Shown in pieces: positions 1 to 10,731 of a stretch of 29,724 nt of DNA. The DNA is taken from positions 1 through 29,724 of the forward strand of contig NW_021832674.1 of NCBI RefSeq assembly GCF_006345805.1. Reading direction: 5' to 3'. Made by a program: the position numbers and the translations under genes. The stretch comes from Octopus sinensis (taxonomy: Eukaryota). The stretch's first letter is position 1. Every line of letters starts with the position of its first letter. The notes beneath the pieces were generated by a model that did no database searches, was not told the DNA's origin, and was given only the letters and a program-made list of their open reading frames with translations.

Positions 1-316
1 CCTTGTCACTGCCGCCTGACTGGTTCCCTGTGCCGCTGGCACGTAAAAAGCACCATCCGAATGTGGTCGATGCCAGCCCCCACCCCGACTGGCTCCTGTG
101 TCGGTGGCACGTAAAAAGCACCCACCACACTCTCGGAGTGGTTGGCATTAGGAATGGCATACATATGTGGAAACCTTGCCAGATCACATTGGAGCCTGGC
201 GCAGCCTACTGCCTTGCCAGTGAAATCGTCCGACCCATGCTACTATAAAAACGGACGTTAAACGATGATGATGAGGAGGAGAATGATAATGATGATGATG
301 ATGATGATGATGATGA
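1..316 (+). mobile_element. 3' end of RTE-type retroelement with (GAT)n tail
   Basis: Subrepeats gtgccggtggcacgtaaaaagcacc and terminal cggacgttaaa(cgat)(gat)n; same sequence as at 2560, 3440, 5500, 7950 and 12410. Confidence 0.75.
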
Positions 317-567
317 GTTCTGTGACCAAATGACAAAATTAACTCTATTGTGTCTTCTAATTTGAACATTATTACCAACAGCATTAACCTCAATGGGTAT
401 TTCATAAACTCTCAGTAAATCGATATCTTTAATTCAATTTTTATACAGATAATTGTTCAATTGGAAAATAGGAATGGAAGCTGTTTTCAGTTATTCTTTC
501 AAGCACAATATACTCGGGGGAAGAAAACCTTACAGAAATCAATTGGGAACTATTATTTTATACTCAC

Positions 568-645
568 CAATTGCCTGAGATGCAGCCCCTAATTCCTGAC
601 ATGTAGCCTCTGTTTGAACACACCTGTCCTCAAACTTTGGAGCCC
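568..645 (-). CDS. Exon C copy (last in this window; the array probably continues left of base 1)
   Basis: Intact splice sites, 78 nt; same peptide as 4102-4179, with one synonymous Val change (GTT vs GTA). Confidence 0.68.
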
Positions 646-1310
646 CTGAAATAAATATTTCCAAGTTTTACATTTGATATTAAAATGTCTGTATCTTTAT
701 TTTTATTAATCTCTATCTTGTTATTGTGAGACATTCAATTCCTGTCGTTACTGTTCAACCTTTGACCATTATGGTTTTGGTCAATATTTCTGTACTTTCT
801 ACAGTGGTCCCATGTAATAGCCCAATGTTTCCACAATAAAACAGACTAACATTCCTAAATCCACCCTCTCTCTCTCTCTCTCTCTCTCTCTAGAAACACA
901 TTAAATATTCTAACAATGTTGCAATTATCTCATTTAATTAACACTTGAAAACAGTTTTCTCTTAGCATTGTCTTTCTTTTCTTATAACTGCCAAATCTAT
1001 GGCATGGCACTGTCTTCTTATCTTTAGAATTCACTAATCAACATTCCTCTCTAATTAAGTAAAACTGAGGCCATTAAGACATGTTCTTTATGTGCATACC
1101 CTCCACCCCGCACACAATCTGTCCCCTAAAAATCATCTCCACAAGCCAAATTCCATACACCCTTCCCCAACATGATCCCTAACAATGTGTAAAATTTAAG
1201 GTGAGGGTACACGATGTTCCTATGACAAAATAAGTTTACATTTCAGACATACAAATGTAAGAGAGTTAATGAATTATAGCTTATTAATTATCATGATAAT
1301 TGGGTATATA

Positions 1311-1877
1311 CACTACCGTCAGAAATTAATTAGCACCCTTGATTTGCCTACCATGAAGCATGGTGGGGGTGGTCTGATGGTGTGAGGGGCGTTCAGCTAC
1401 AGTTGTGTTGGGCGGCTCTATGCCGTCTAAGGCAACATCAACGCAGCAAAGTACATTGAGATAGTACGGGATACCTCTTTGGTGGCGAGGAGTACGTGCT
1501 GGCCAGTCACCTGACCTGAACCCTATTGAGAACCTCTGGAGTCGATTGGGTAGGGATTTGAATGTGCAGCAATACAGGAACCGACACGAGCTGTTTGGGG
1601 CACTTCTTGCTGCATGAGGGGCCGTCCCTGCACAGTACCTGCAGGCACTCATAGACAGCATGCCGACCCGCGTAGCAGCTGTCATTGCTGCCAAAGGAGG
1701 GGCAACAAGATATTGACTAAATTTCACGATTAATATCAATTATGTGGTGTGCTGGGATATGTTTTAATAAATTTTTGATTAAAAACGAGTTCGTTTCTGA
1801 TAATAAGTTAATTAAATTAAGAAAATGTAAGAAAATATAGAAATTTGAGAAGTGCTAATTAATTTCCGACGCAAGTG
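1311..1877 (+). mobile_element. Internally deleted Tc1/mariner (Tc1-type) DNA transposon, 567 bp
   Basis: TA duplication at 1309-1310 and 1878-1879; 26-bp TIRs CACTACCGTCAGAAATTAATTAGCAC (23/26 match). Transposase remnants KHGGGGLMV*GAFS and SPDLNPIENLW...SMPTRVAAVIAAKGGATRY*. Empty site seen in the sister units. Confidence 0.95.
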
Positions 1878-2127
1878 TATGTGATACAATGGCACTGTGC
1901 TTAACGGTGCAATACTAGATATCAATATAGATTGTATATAATCTGAGTAAAGAACATATAACCTACATTACTATGAATATGATTGTGTCTCAGCACAGCT
2001 AATATTATGGTAGTTCCATGAGCAAACGAAGAAAGATATAACCAAGTCCACTGCCAAATACTAATGATTAATTCATTTCCTGGTCAAATAACAATGACTA
2101 TCTTTCATTAAATAATTTGAACGCAAC

Positions 2128-2951
2128 GATGTCAGTGTGTACACAAGGCAGAGTGAAGAGGCCTGAGAGAAGTGTTAGACATAAGAAGCATCAGATGTGG
2201 TGTACAAGAGAGACAACTGCACTGGTATGGTCATGTGTATGGATGAGGAGAGCTGTGGGAAGAAGTGTTACACCCTAACAGTGGAAGGAACCCGTGGAAA
2301 GGAGTGGCCCAGGAAGACAGGGGATGACGTAGTGAAACGACCTTCGAACGTTGGGCCTCACAGAGGTAATGGCAAGAGACAGAGACCTCTAGAAATATGA
2401 TGTAATTAAGAGGACTCGGCAAGTGAAGTGAGATCAGAGCTGTAGCATATACCAGTGGTGCATAACCAGCCCCTTTTAAAAGTACCCTTGAATCACAGAG
2501 TGATAAGTTGCGCTTGAGAAGAATTTCCGAGTCAAGTAAAACCGAAAACCAGAAATCACAAATCAAAATCAAATCTAGATCGAAATCAAAATGCAAATTG
2601 TAATCATGGCTGATGCCAGAGCCGCCTGGCTTCCACCCGTGCCGGTGGCACGTAATAAGTACCATTCAAACATTGTTTGTTGCCAGTGCCGCCTGACTGG
2701 TTCCCTGTGCCGTTGGCACGTAAAAAGCACCATCCGAACATGGTCGATGCCAGCCCCAACTTCAACTGGCTCCTGTGTCGGTGGCACGTAAAAATCACCC
2801 ACCATACTCTCGGAGTGGTTGGCGTTAGGAATGGCAAACATATGTGGAAACCTTGCCAGATCACTTTGGAGCCTGGCGCAGCCTACTGCCTTGCCAGTGA
2901 AATCATCCAATCCATGCCACCATAAAAAACTGACGTTAAACGATTGTGATG
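2128..2951 (+). mobile_element. 5'-truncated RTE-clade LINE: ORF C-terminus plus 3' UTR
   Basis: Decayed LHWYGHV...KKCYTLTVEGTRGKEWPRKTGDDVVK (RTE-like WYGHV...GRPRKTW), followed by an aatcaa-rich stretch, ~65-bp subrepeats and the tail. Confidence 0.75.
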
Positions 2952-3114
2952 TTTTATTAAACTCTATCTTGTTATTGTGAGACATTCAATTTCTGTCGTT
3001 AATGGTCAAATGTTGACCACTATGGTTTTGGTCAACAACAATAACAATAACCTATCAGAAAACTCAGGAAAGACCTTAGTAGTAAAAGAAACAAAAATCT
3101 TTCTCGTTACTCAC

Positions 3115-3154
3115 CTATTTACAAATAAACAACAAAATGTTTTAGTTCTCTGTC
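3115..3154 (-). other. Orphan copy of microexon A (partner B deleted)
   Basis: 40 nt, TAG acceptor and GTgagt donor, QRTKTFCCLFVN. Sequence left of ~3035 switches to an exon-C intron fragment, so B is absent. Confidence 0.4.
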
Positions 3155-3263
3155 CTAAAAGACATCATTAACTCTATTATGTCTTCTTATTAACCATTTT
3201 ACCACCACGTTAACCTTGATTTTATGAAATTTCAGTGGAATATTTAATAGAATCCTTTTTACA

Positions 3264-3849
3264 GCTAATGCGGAAACTAGGGATTGACGAGCGATTATAA
3301 GAGTTGAAGAGGCCCTGTAGTAAGGTGAGGATCGGCAATGAGTATAGTGAAGAATTCCGGATAGAAGTAGGAGTTCACTAGGGATCATTCCTAAACCCCT
3401 CGTTTTCATCATAGTCCACCAGGCAATAAGAGAAATGACAAATCAAAAGCAATTCAAGATCGAAATCAAAATGGAAATTGTAGTTGTGACCGATGCCAGT
3501 GCCGCCTGGCTGGCAACTGTTCCTGTGTCACGTTATAAGTACCATAGAAGCATAGGTCCTTGTCACTGCCGTCTGACTAGTTCCCTGTGCCGGTGGCACG
3601 TAAAAAGCACCATCCGAACGTGGTCGATGCCAGCCCCCACCCCGACTGGCTCCTGTGTCGGTGGCAAGTAAAAGGCACCCACCACACTCTCGGAGTGGTT
3701 GGCATTAGGAATGGGATACATATGTGGAAACCTTGCCAGATCACTTTGGAGCCTGGCGCAGCCTACTGCCTTGCCAGTGAAATCGTCCGACCCATGCCTC
3801 CATAAGAAACGGATGTTAAATGATGATGATGATGATGATGATGATGATG
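3264..3849 (+). mobile_element. Internally deleted RTE-clade LINE: RT fragment fused to 3' UTR and (GAT)n tail
   Basis: Remnant MRKLGIDE...SKVRIGNEYSEEFRIEVGVH*GSFL (RT QG-x-x-LSP region). Confidence 0.75.
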
Positions 3850-4101
3850 CGTTCTCTGACCAAATGACAAAATTAACTCTATTGTGTCTTCTAATTTGAA
3901 CATTATTACCAACAGCATTAACCTCAATGGGTATTTCATAAACTCACAGTAAATCGATATCTTTAATACAATTATTATACAGATAATTGTTCAATTGGAA
4001 AATAGGAATGGAAGCTGTTTTCAGTTATTCTTTCAAGCACAATATACTCGGGGGAAGAAAACCTTACAGAAATCAATTGGGAACTATTATTTTATACTCA
4101 C

Positions 4102-4179
4102 CAATTGCCTGAGATGCAGCCCCTAATTCCTGACATGTAGCCTCTGTTTGTACACACCTGTCCTCAAACTTTGGAGCCC
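4102..4179 (-). CDS. Exon C copy
   Basis: Intact splice sites, 78 nt, phase 1 to 1: APKFEDRCVQTEATCQELGAASQAI. Confidence 0.68.
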
Positions 4180-5079
4180 CTGAAATAAATATTTCCAAGT
4201 TTTACATTTAAAAAGAAACTTTCTTTATCTTTATTTTTATTAAACTCTATCTTGTTATTGTGAGACATTCAATTTCTGTCGTTAATGGTCAAATGTTGAC
4301 CATTATGGTTTTGGTCAATATTTCTGTACTTTCTACATTGGTCCCATGTAATAGCCCAATATGAAACAATAAAACAGACTAACATTTCTATATCCACCCT
4401 CTCTCTCTCTAAAAACACATTAAATATTCTAACAATGTTGCAATTATCTCATTTAATTAACACTTGATAACAGTTTTCTCTTAGCTTTGTCTTTCTTTTC
4501 TTATAACTGTGCCAAATCTATGGCATGGCACAGTCCTCTCATCTCTAGAATTCACTAATCAACATTCCTCTCTAATTAAGTAAAACTGAGCCCATAAAGA
4601 CATGTCCTTTATGTGCACACCCCCCACCCCGCACACAATCTGTCCCCTAAAAATCATCTCCACAAGCCAAATTCCATACACCCTTCCCCAACATGATCCC
4701 TAACAAGGTGTAAAATGTTAGGTGAGGGTACACGAGGTCCCTATGACAAAATCAGTTTACATTTCAGACATACAAATGTAAGAGAGTTAATGAATTATAG
4801 CTTATTAATTATCATGATAATTGGGTATATATGTGATACAATGGCACTGTGCTTGACGGTGCAATACTAGATATCAATATAGATTGTATATAATCTGAGT
4901 AAAGAACATATAGCCTTCATTACTATGAATATGATTGTGTCTCAGCACAGCTAATATTATGGTAGTTCCATGAGCAAACGAAGAAAGATATAACCAAGTC
5001 CACTGCCAAATACTAATGACTAATTCATTTCCCGGTCAAATAACAATGACTAACTTCCATTAAATAATTTGAACGCAAC

Positions 5080-5920
5080 GATGTCAGTGTGTACACAAGG
5101 CAGAGTGAAGAGGCCTGAGAGAAGTGTTAGACATAAGAAGCATCAGATGTGGTGTACAAGAGAGACAATTGCACTGGTGTGGTCATGTGTATGGATGAGG
5201 AGTGCTGTGGGAAGAAGCGTTACACCCTAACAGTGGAAGGAACCCGTGGAAAGGGGTGACCCAGGAAGACAGGGCATGACGTGGTGAAACGACCTTCGAA
5301 CGTTGGGCCTCACAGAGGTAATGGCAAGAGACAGAGACCTCTGGAAATATGATGTGATTAAGAGGACCTGGCGAGTGAAGTGAGATCACAGCTGTAGCCT
5401 ATACCAGGGGCGCATAACCAGCCCTTTTTAAAAGTACCCTTGAATCACAGAGTGATAAGTTGCGCTTGAGAAGAATTTCTGAGTCAAGTAAAACCAAAAA
5501 TCAGAAATCACAAATCAAAATCAAATTAAGATCGAAATCAAAATGGAAATTGTAGTTGTGACCGATGCCAGTGCCGCCTGACTGGCACCTGTTCCTGTGT
5601 CACGTTATAAGTACCATAGAAGCATAGGTCCTTGTCACTGCCACCTGACTGGTTCCCTGTGCCGGTGGCACGTAAAAAGCACCATCCGAACGTGGTCGAT
5701 GCCAGCCCCCACCCCGACTGACTCCTGTGCCGGTGGCTCGTAAAAGGCACCCACCACACTCTCGGAGTGGTTGGCGTTAGGAATGGCATACATATGTGGA
5801 AACCTTGCCAGATCACATTGCAGCCTGGCGCAGCCTACTGCCTTGCCAGTGAAATCGTCCGACCCATGCCGCCATAAGAAACGGATGTTAAATGATGGGG
5901 TGATGATGATGATGATGATG
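5080..5920 (+). mobile_element. 5'-truncated RTE-clade LINE (duplicate of 2128-2951)
   Basis: Near-identical sequence and the same junction gaacgcaac|gatgtcag. Confidence 0.75.
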
Positions 5921-6174
5921 CGTTCTCTGACCAAATGACAAATTTAATTAACTTATTGTGTCTTCTAATTTGAACATTATTACCAACAGCATTAACCTAA
6001 TGGGTATATTAAACTCACCAGTAAATCGATATCTTTAATTACAATTATTATACAAGATAATTGTTCAATTGGAAAATAGAATGGAAGCTCTGTTTCAGTT
6101 ATTCTTTCAAGCACAATATACTCGGGGAAGAAAACCTTACAGAAATCAATTGGGAACTATTATTTTATACTCAC

Positions 6175-6252
6175 AATTGCCTGAGATGCAGCCCCTAATT
6201 CCTGACATGTTAGCCTCTGTTTGTACACACCTGTCCTCACACTTTGGAGCCC
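6175..6252 (-). CDS. Exon C copy with compensating +1/-1 indels
   Basis: Still 78 nt and open between CAG and GTgagt: APKCEDRCVQTEANMSGIRGCISGN. Confidence 0.55.
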
Positions 6253-7510
6253 CTGAAATAAATATTTCCAAGTTTTACATTTAAAAAGAAACTTCTTATC
6301 TTTATTTTTATTAAACTCTATTTGTTATGTGAGACATTCAATTTCTGTCGTTAATGGTCAAATGTTGACCACTATGGTTTTGGTCAATATTTCTGTACTT
6401 TCTACAGTGGTCCCATTGTATAGCCCAATATGTCCACAATAAAAAGACTAACATTTTAAATCCACCCTCACTTCTGTCTCTCTCTCTCTCCTCTCTCTTT
6501 AAAAACACATTAAAAATATTCTAACAATGTTGCCAATATTCATTTAATTAACACTTGATAAGAGTTTTTCTCTTAGCATTGTCTTTCTTTTCTATATAAC
6601 TGTGCCAAAACATATGGCATGGAACAGTCCTCTCATCTCTAGAATTCACTAATCAACATTCCTCTCAATTAAGTAAAACTGAGGTCATAAGATGTCCTTT
6701 ACGTGATACGCTCCATCCCACACACAATCTGTCCCTTAAAAATCATCTCAACAACATGATCCCTAACAAGATATAAGATTTAGGTGAGGGTACACGATGT
6801 CCCTATGACAAAATAAATTACATTTCATACATACAAATGTAAGAGAGTTAATGAATTATAGCTTATTAATTATCATGATAATTGGTATATATGTGATAGA
6901 ATGGCACTGTGCTTGACGGTGCAATACTAGATATCAATATAGATTGTATTAATCTGAGTAAAGAACATAACCTTCATTACAATGAATATGATTGTGTCTC
7001 AGCACAGCTAATATTATGGTAGTTCCATGAGCAAACGAAGAAAGATATAACCAAGTCACTGCCCAATACTAATGACTAATTCATTCTGGTCAAATAACAA
7101 TGACTATCTTTCATTAATAATTTGAACGCAACAATCAAGACCAAAGGGTGAAACACTCAGAAAACTGTGCCTCTTTTAGCATTAATATCATCTAAAATCT
7201 AACAAGAGTGAGAAAAAGAATGACTATATGGATGGTAAATGTTGTTCAAACAATGTAATAAGTGTATATTATATATAGTTACAACAAGGATTTGTGAGTT
7301 CAAGTCACACAGGGAACTCATATTTAATTCCTATCTTTATATTTTATGTCAACACCAATATTTGTTTAAATGTAAACATGTTCACCGTTCAATACTAAAT
7401 TTAATATTTAATCAACGTTAATGATCATTATACTTATAATCTTAGAGATTTGATTTTTAATTCTTTAATTTATAACAAAGTTATTGACCTGAGACATTCA
7501 GGGTACGTAC

Positions 7511-7539
7511 CTAAACAACATGTCATGACAGACATCTTG
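7511..7539 (-). CDS. Second copy of candidate microexon B
   Basis: Same splice sites as 9992-10020; (S)KMSVMTCCL, open, CCL retained. Confidence 0.38.
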
Positions 7540-7631
7540 CTACATAAAAACAACAACAATAACCTATCAGAAAAATTTGGAAAGGACCTTAGTAGAAAAG
7601 AAAAGAAACAAAATCTTTCTCGTTACCTCAC

Positions 7632-7670
7632 CTGTTTACAAATAAACAACAAAATGTTTTAGTTCTTGTC
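7632..7670 (-). pseudogene. Second copy of microexon A with a 1-nt deletion (39 nt, in-frame TAA); real decay or consensus error
   Basis: gttcttgtc versus gttctctgtc in the other copies; lies in the indel-rich segment. Confidence 0.35.
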
Positions 7671-7778
7671 CTAAAAGACATCATTAACTCTATTATGTCT
7701 TCTTATTTAAACATTTTACAACCACGTAACCCTTATTTATGAAATTTCAGTGGAATATTTAATAGAATCCTTTTTACA

Positions 7779-8359
7779 GCTAAGCGGAAACTAGGGATTG
7801 ACCGAGGCGATTATAAGAGTTGAAGAGGCCCTGTAGTAAGGTGAGGATCGGCAATGAGTATAGTGAAGATTTCGGATAGAAGTAGGAGTTCAATTAGGGA
7901 TCATTCCTGAACCCCTCGTTGTCATCATAGTCACCAGGCAATAACAGAAATGACAAATCAAAAGCAATTCAAGATCGAAATCAAAATGGAAATGTAGTTG
8001 TGACCGATGCCAGTGCCCTGACTGGCACTGTTCCTGTTGTTTCACGTTATAAGTACCATAGAAGCATAGGTTTGTTCAGTTCCGCCTGACTGGTTCCCTG
8101 TGCCGGTGGCACGTAAAAAGCACCATCCGAACGTGGTCAATGCCAGCCCCACCTCAACTGGCTCTGTGTCGGTGGCACGTAAAAGGCCCACCACACTCTC
8201 GGAGTGGTTGGCATTAGGAATGGCATACATATGTGGAAACCTTGCCAGATCACATTGGAGCCTGGCGCAGCCTACTGCCTTGCCAGTGAAATCGTCCGAC
8301 CCATGCCACCATAAGAAAAGGATGATGTTAAATGATGATGATGATGATGATGATGATGA
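7779..8359 (+). mobile_element. Internally deleted RTE-clade LINE (duplicate of 3264-3849)
   Basis: Near-identical RT fragment, UTR and (GAT)n tail. Confidence 0.75.
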
Positions 8360-8609
8360 GTTCCATGACCAAATGACAATATTAACTCTATTGTGTCTTC
8401 TAATTTGAACATTATTACCAACAGCATTAATCTCAATGGGTATTTCATAAACTCTCAGTAAATCGATATCTTTAATTCAATTTTTTAAAGATAATCGTTC
8501 AATTGGAAAATAGGAATGGAAGCTGTTTTCAGTTATTCTTTCAAGCACAATATACTCGGGGGAAGAAAACCTTACAGAAATCAATTGGGAACTATTATTT
8601 TATACTCAC

Positions 8610-8687
8610 CAATTGCCTGAGATGCAGCCCCTAATTCCTGACATATAGCCTCTGTTTGTACACACCTGTCCTCAAACTTTGGAGCCT
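8610..8687 (-). CDS. Repeated 78-nt exon C, first copy in transcription order (putative LC8-binding VQT motif)
   Basis: atttatttCAG acceptor, G|GTgagt donor; phase 1 to 1, open: APKFEDRCVQTEAICQELGAASQAI. More GC-rich than its flanks. Confidence 0.75.
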
Positions 8688-8908
8688 CTGAAATAAATAT
8701 TTCCAAGTTTTACATTTAATAATAAACTTTCTTTATCTTTATTTTTATTAAACTCTATCTTGTTATTGTGAGACATTCAATTCCTGTCGTTAATGGTCAA
8801 ATGTTGACCATTATGGTTTTGGTCAATATTTCTGTACTTTCTACAGTGGTCCCATGTAATAGCCCAATATGTCCACAATAAAACAGACTAACATTTCTAA
8901 ATCCACCA

Positions 8909-8939
<31 letters not shown>

Positions 8940-9991
8940 AGAAACACATTAAATATTCTAACAATGTTGCAATTATCTCATTTAATTAACACTTGATAAC
9001 AGTTTTCTCTTAGCTTTGTCTTTCTTTTCTTATAACTGTGCCAAATCTATGGCATGGCACAGTCCTCTCATCTCTAGAATTCACTAATCAACATTCCTCT
9101 CTAATTAAGTAAAACTGAGCCCATAAAGACATGTCCTTTATGTGTATACCCTCCACCCGCACACAATCTGTCCCCTAAAAACATCTCCACAAGCCAAATT
9201 CCATACACCCTTCCCCAACATGATCCCTAACAAGATATAAAATGTAAGGTGAGGGTACACGATGTTCCTATGACAAAATAAGTTTACATTTCATACATAC
9301 AAATGTAAGAGAGTTAATGAATTATAGCTTATTAATTATCATGATAATTGGGTATATATGTGATACAATGGCACTGTGCTTGACGGTGCAATACTAGATA
9401 TCAATATAGATTGTATATAATCTGAGTAAAGAACATATAACCTTCATTACTATGAATATGATTGTGTCTCAGCACAGCTAATATTATGGTAGTTCCATGA
9501 GCAAACGAAGAAAGATATAACCAAGTCCACTGCCAAATACTAATGATTAATTCATTTCCTGGTCAAATAACAATGACTAACTTCCATTAAATAATTTGAA
9601 CGCAACAATCAAGACCAAAGGGTGAAACACTCAGAAAACTGTGCCTCTTTTAGCATTAATATCATCTAAAATCTAACAAGAGTGAGAAAAAGAATGACTA
9701 TATGGATGGTAAATGTTGTTCAAACAATGTAATAAGTGTATATTATATATAGTTACAAACAAGGATTTGTGAGATCAAGTCACACAGGGAACTCATATTT
9801 AATTCCTATCTTTATATTTTATGTCAACACCAATATTTTGTTTAAATGTAAACAGATGTTCACCGTTCAATACTAAATTTAATATTTAATCAACGTTAAT
9901 GATCATTATACTTATAATCTTAGAGATTTGATTTTTAATTTCTTTAATTTATAACAAAGTTATTCTGACCTGAGACATTCAGGGTACGTAC

Positions 9992-10020
9992 CTAAACAAC
10001 ATATCCTGACAGACATCTGG
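9992..10020 (-). CDS. Candidate 29-nt microexon 'B'
   Basis: ttgttgttgttatgTAG acceptor, TAG|GTacgt donor; phase 2 to 1: (S)QMSVRICCL. 40+29=69 nt, separated from A by a 90-nt intron. Confidence 0.45.
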
Positions 10021-10110
10021 CTACATAACAACAACAACAACAATAAACTATCAGAAAACTTAGGAAAGACCTTAGTAGCAAAAGAAACAAAATCTTTCTC
10101 GTTAACTCAC

Positions 10111-10150
10111 CTGTTTACAAATAAACAACAAACTATTTTAGTTCTCTGTC
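10111..10150 (-). CDS. Candidate 40-nt microexon 'A'
   Basis: tgtctttTAG acceptor, CAG|GTgagt donor; phase 1 to 2: QRTKIVCCLFVN. Restores frame only together with exon B. Confidence 0.45.
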
Positions 10151-10369
10151 CTAAAAGACATCATTAACTCTATAATGTCTTCTTATTTATCCATTTTACC
10201 AACCACGTTAACCTTGATTTTATGAAATTTCAGTGGAATATTTAATAGAATCCTTTTACACCTAATCTTACAAATAGAAATTAAGAACGGAACTTGTTCT
10301 CGATCAGCCTGACAAGCAAAATCCCTGAGGCGAAGATAAATGCTATAGAAATCTATAAAATACTGTTGT

Positions 10370-10680
10370 GGATGTGCAACGGCCAGTGGTTAGGGCAGTG
10401 GACTCGCGGTTGTAGGATCGCGGTTTCGATTCCCAGACCGGGCGTTGTGAGTGTTTATTGAGCGAAAACTCCTAAAGTTCCACAAGGCTCCGGCGGGGGG
10501 TTGTAGCGATCCCTGCTGTTCACTTTCTCCACAACTTTCTCTCACTCTTTCTTCTGTTGGCCTGCTCGCTTAGCCAGCGGGGTGGCGCCACTTGAAGGCT
10601 AACTCAATGCGAAGCGCATTGTAACCAGCGATGTGTAGCAACATCTGATAGCCTGGTCGGTCACAGTGATAACGGTGATA
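10370..10680 (+). mobile_element. tRNA-derived SINE
   Basis: tRNA-like head with A-box-like ggccagtggttagg and B-box-like ggtttcgattcc; tail ...ctggtcggtcacagtgata. A 3' fragment of the same family lies at ~18225-18310. Confidence 0.75.
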
Positions 10681-10731
10681 AGGTACTGTTAATTTATAGA
10701 AATCTATAAGGTACTTTTAATTTATACTCAC

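Larger units (their letters stand above)
1..10262. repeat. Tandem segmental array of ~2-3.5-kb near-identical units
   Basis: The block tctgtgaccaaatgac...gaacgcaac recurs at ~318, ~3852, ~5922 and ~8360. Exon C spacing is 3534, 2073 and 2435 nt. Confidence 0.97.

Noticed and set aside
1286-1301. 16-bp palindrome aattatcatgataatt next to the Tc1 site, and hairpin aatggtcaa-atg-ttgaccatt (~4284-4304)
   Set aside because: Short and AT-rich, repeated only through the array duplication; the hairpin is disrupted in the first unit and in the diverged paralog.
1326-1739. 137-aa minus-strand ORF
   Set aside because: Antisense shadow of the decayed Tc1 transposase.
2620-2800. ~65-bp spaced repeats gtgccggtggcacgtaaaaagcacc resembling CRISPR repeats
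   Set aside because: The intervening sequences are homologous to each other, there are only 2-3 copies, the context is a eukaryotic retroelement and no cas genes are present.
6069-6284. 71-aa plus-strand ORF overlapping exon C
   Set aside because: Exists only because of indels in this copy; stopped in the other three units.
3-8408. Recurrent ORFs such as MPVARKKHHPNVVDASP... and their antisense versions
   Set aside because: They fall in the retroelement 3' UTR, and starts, stops and frames differ between copies.
10370-10445. Possible tRNA gene (also ~20960-21031)
   Set aside because: tRNA-like head continues into a SINE body and tail; no convincing acceptor stem or terminator.
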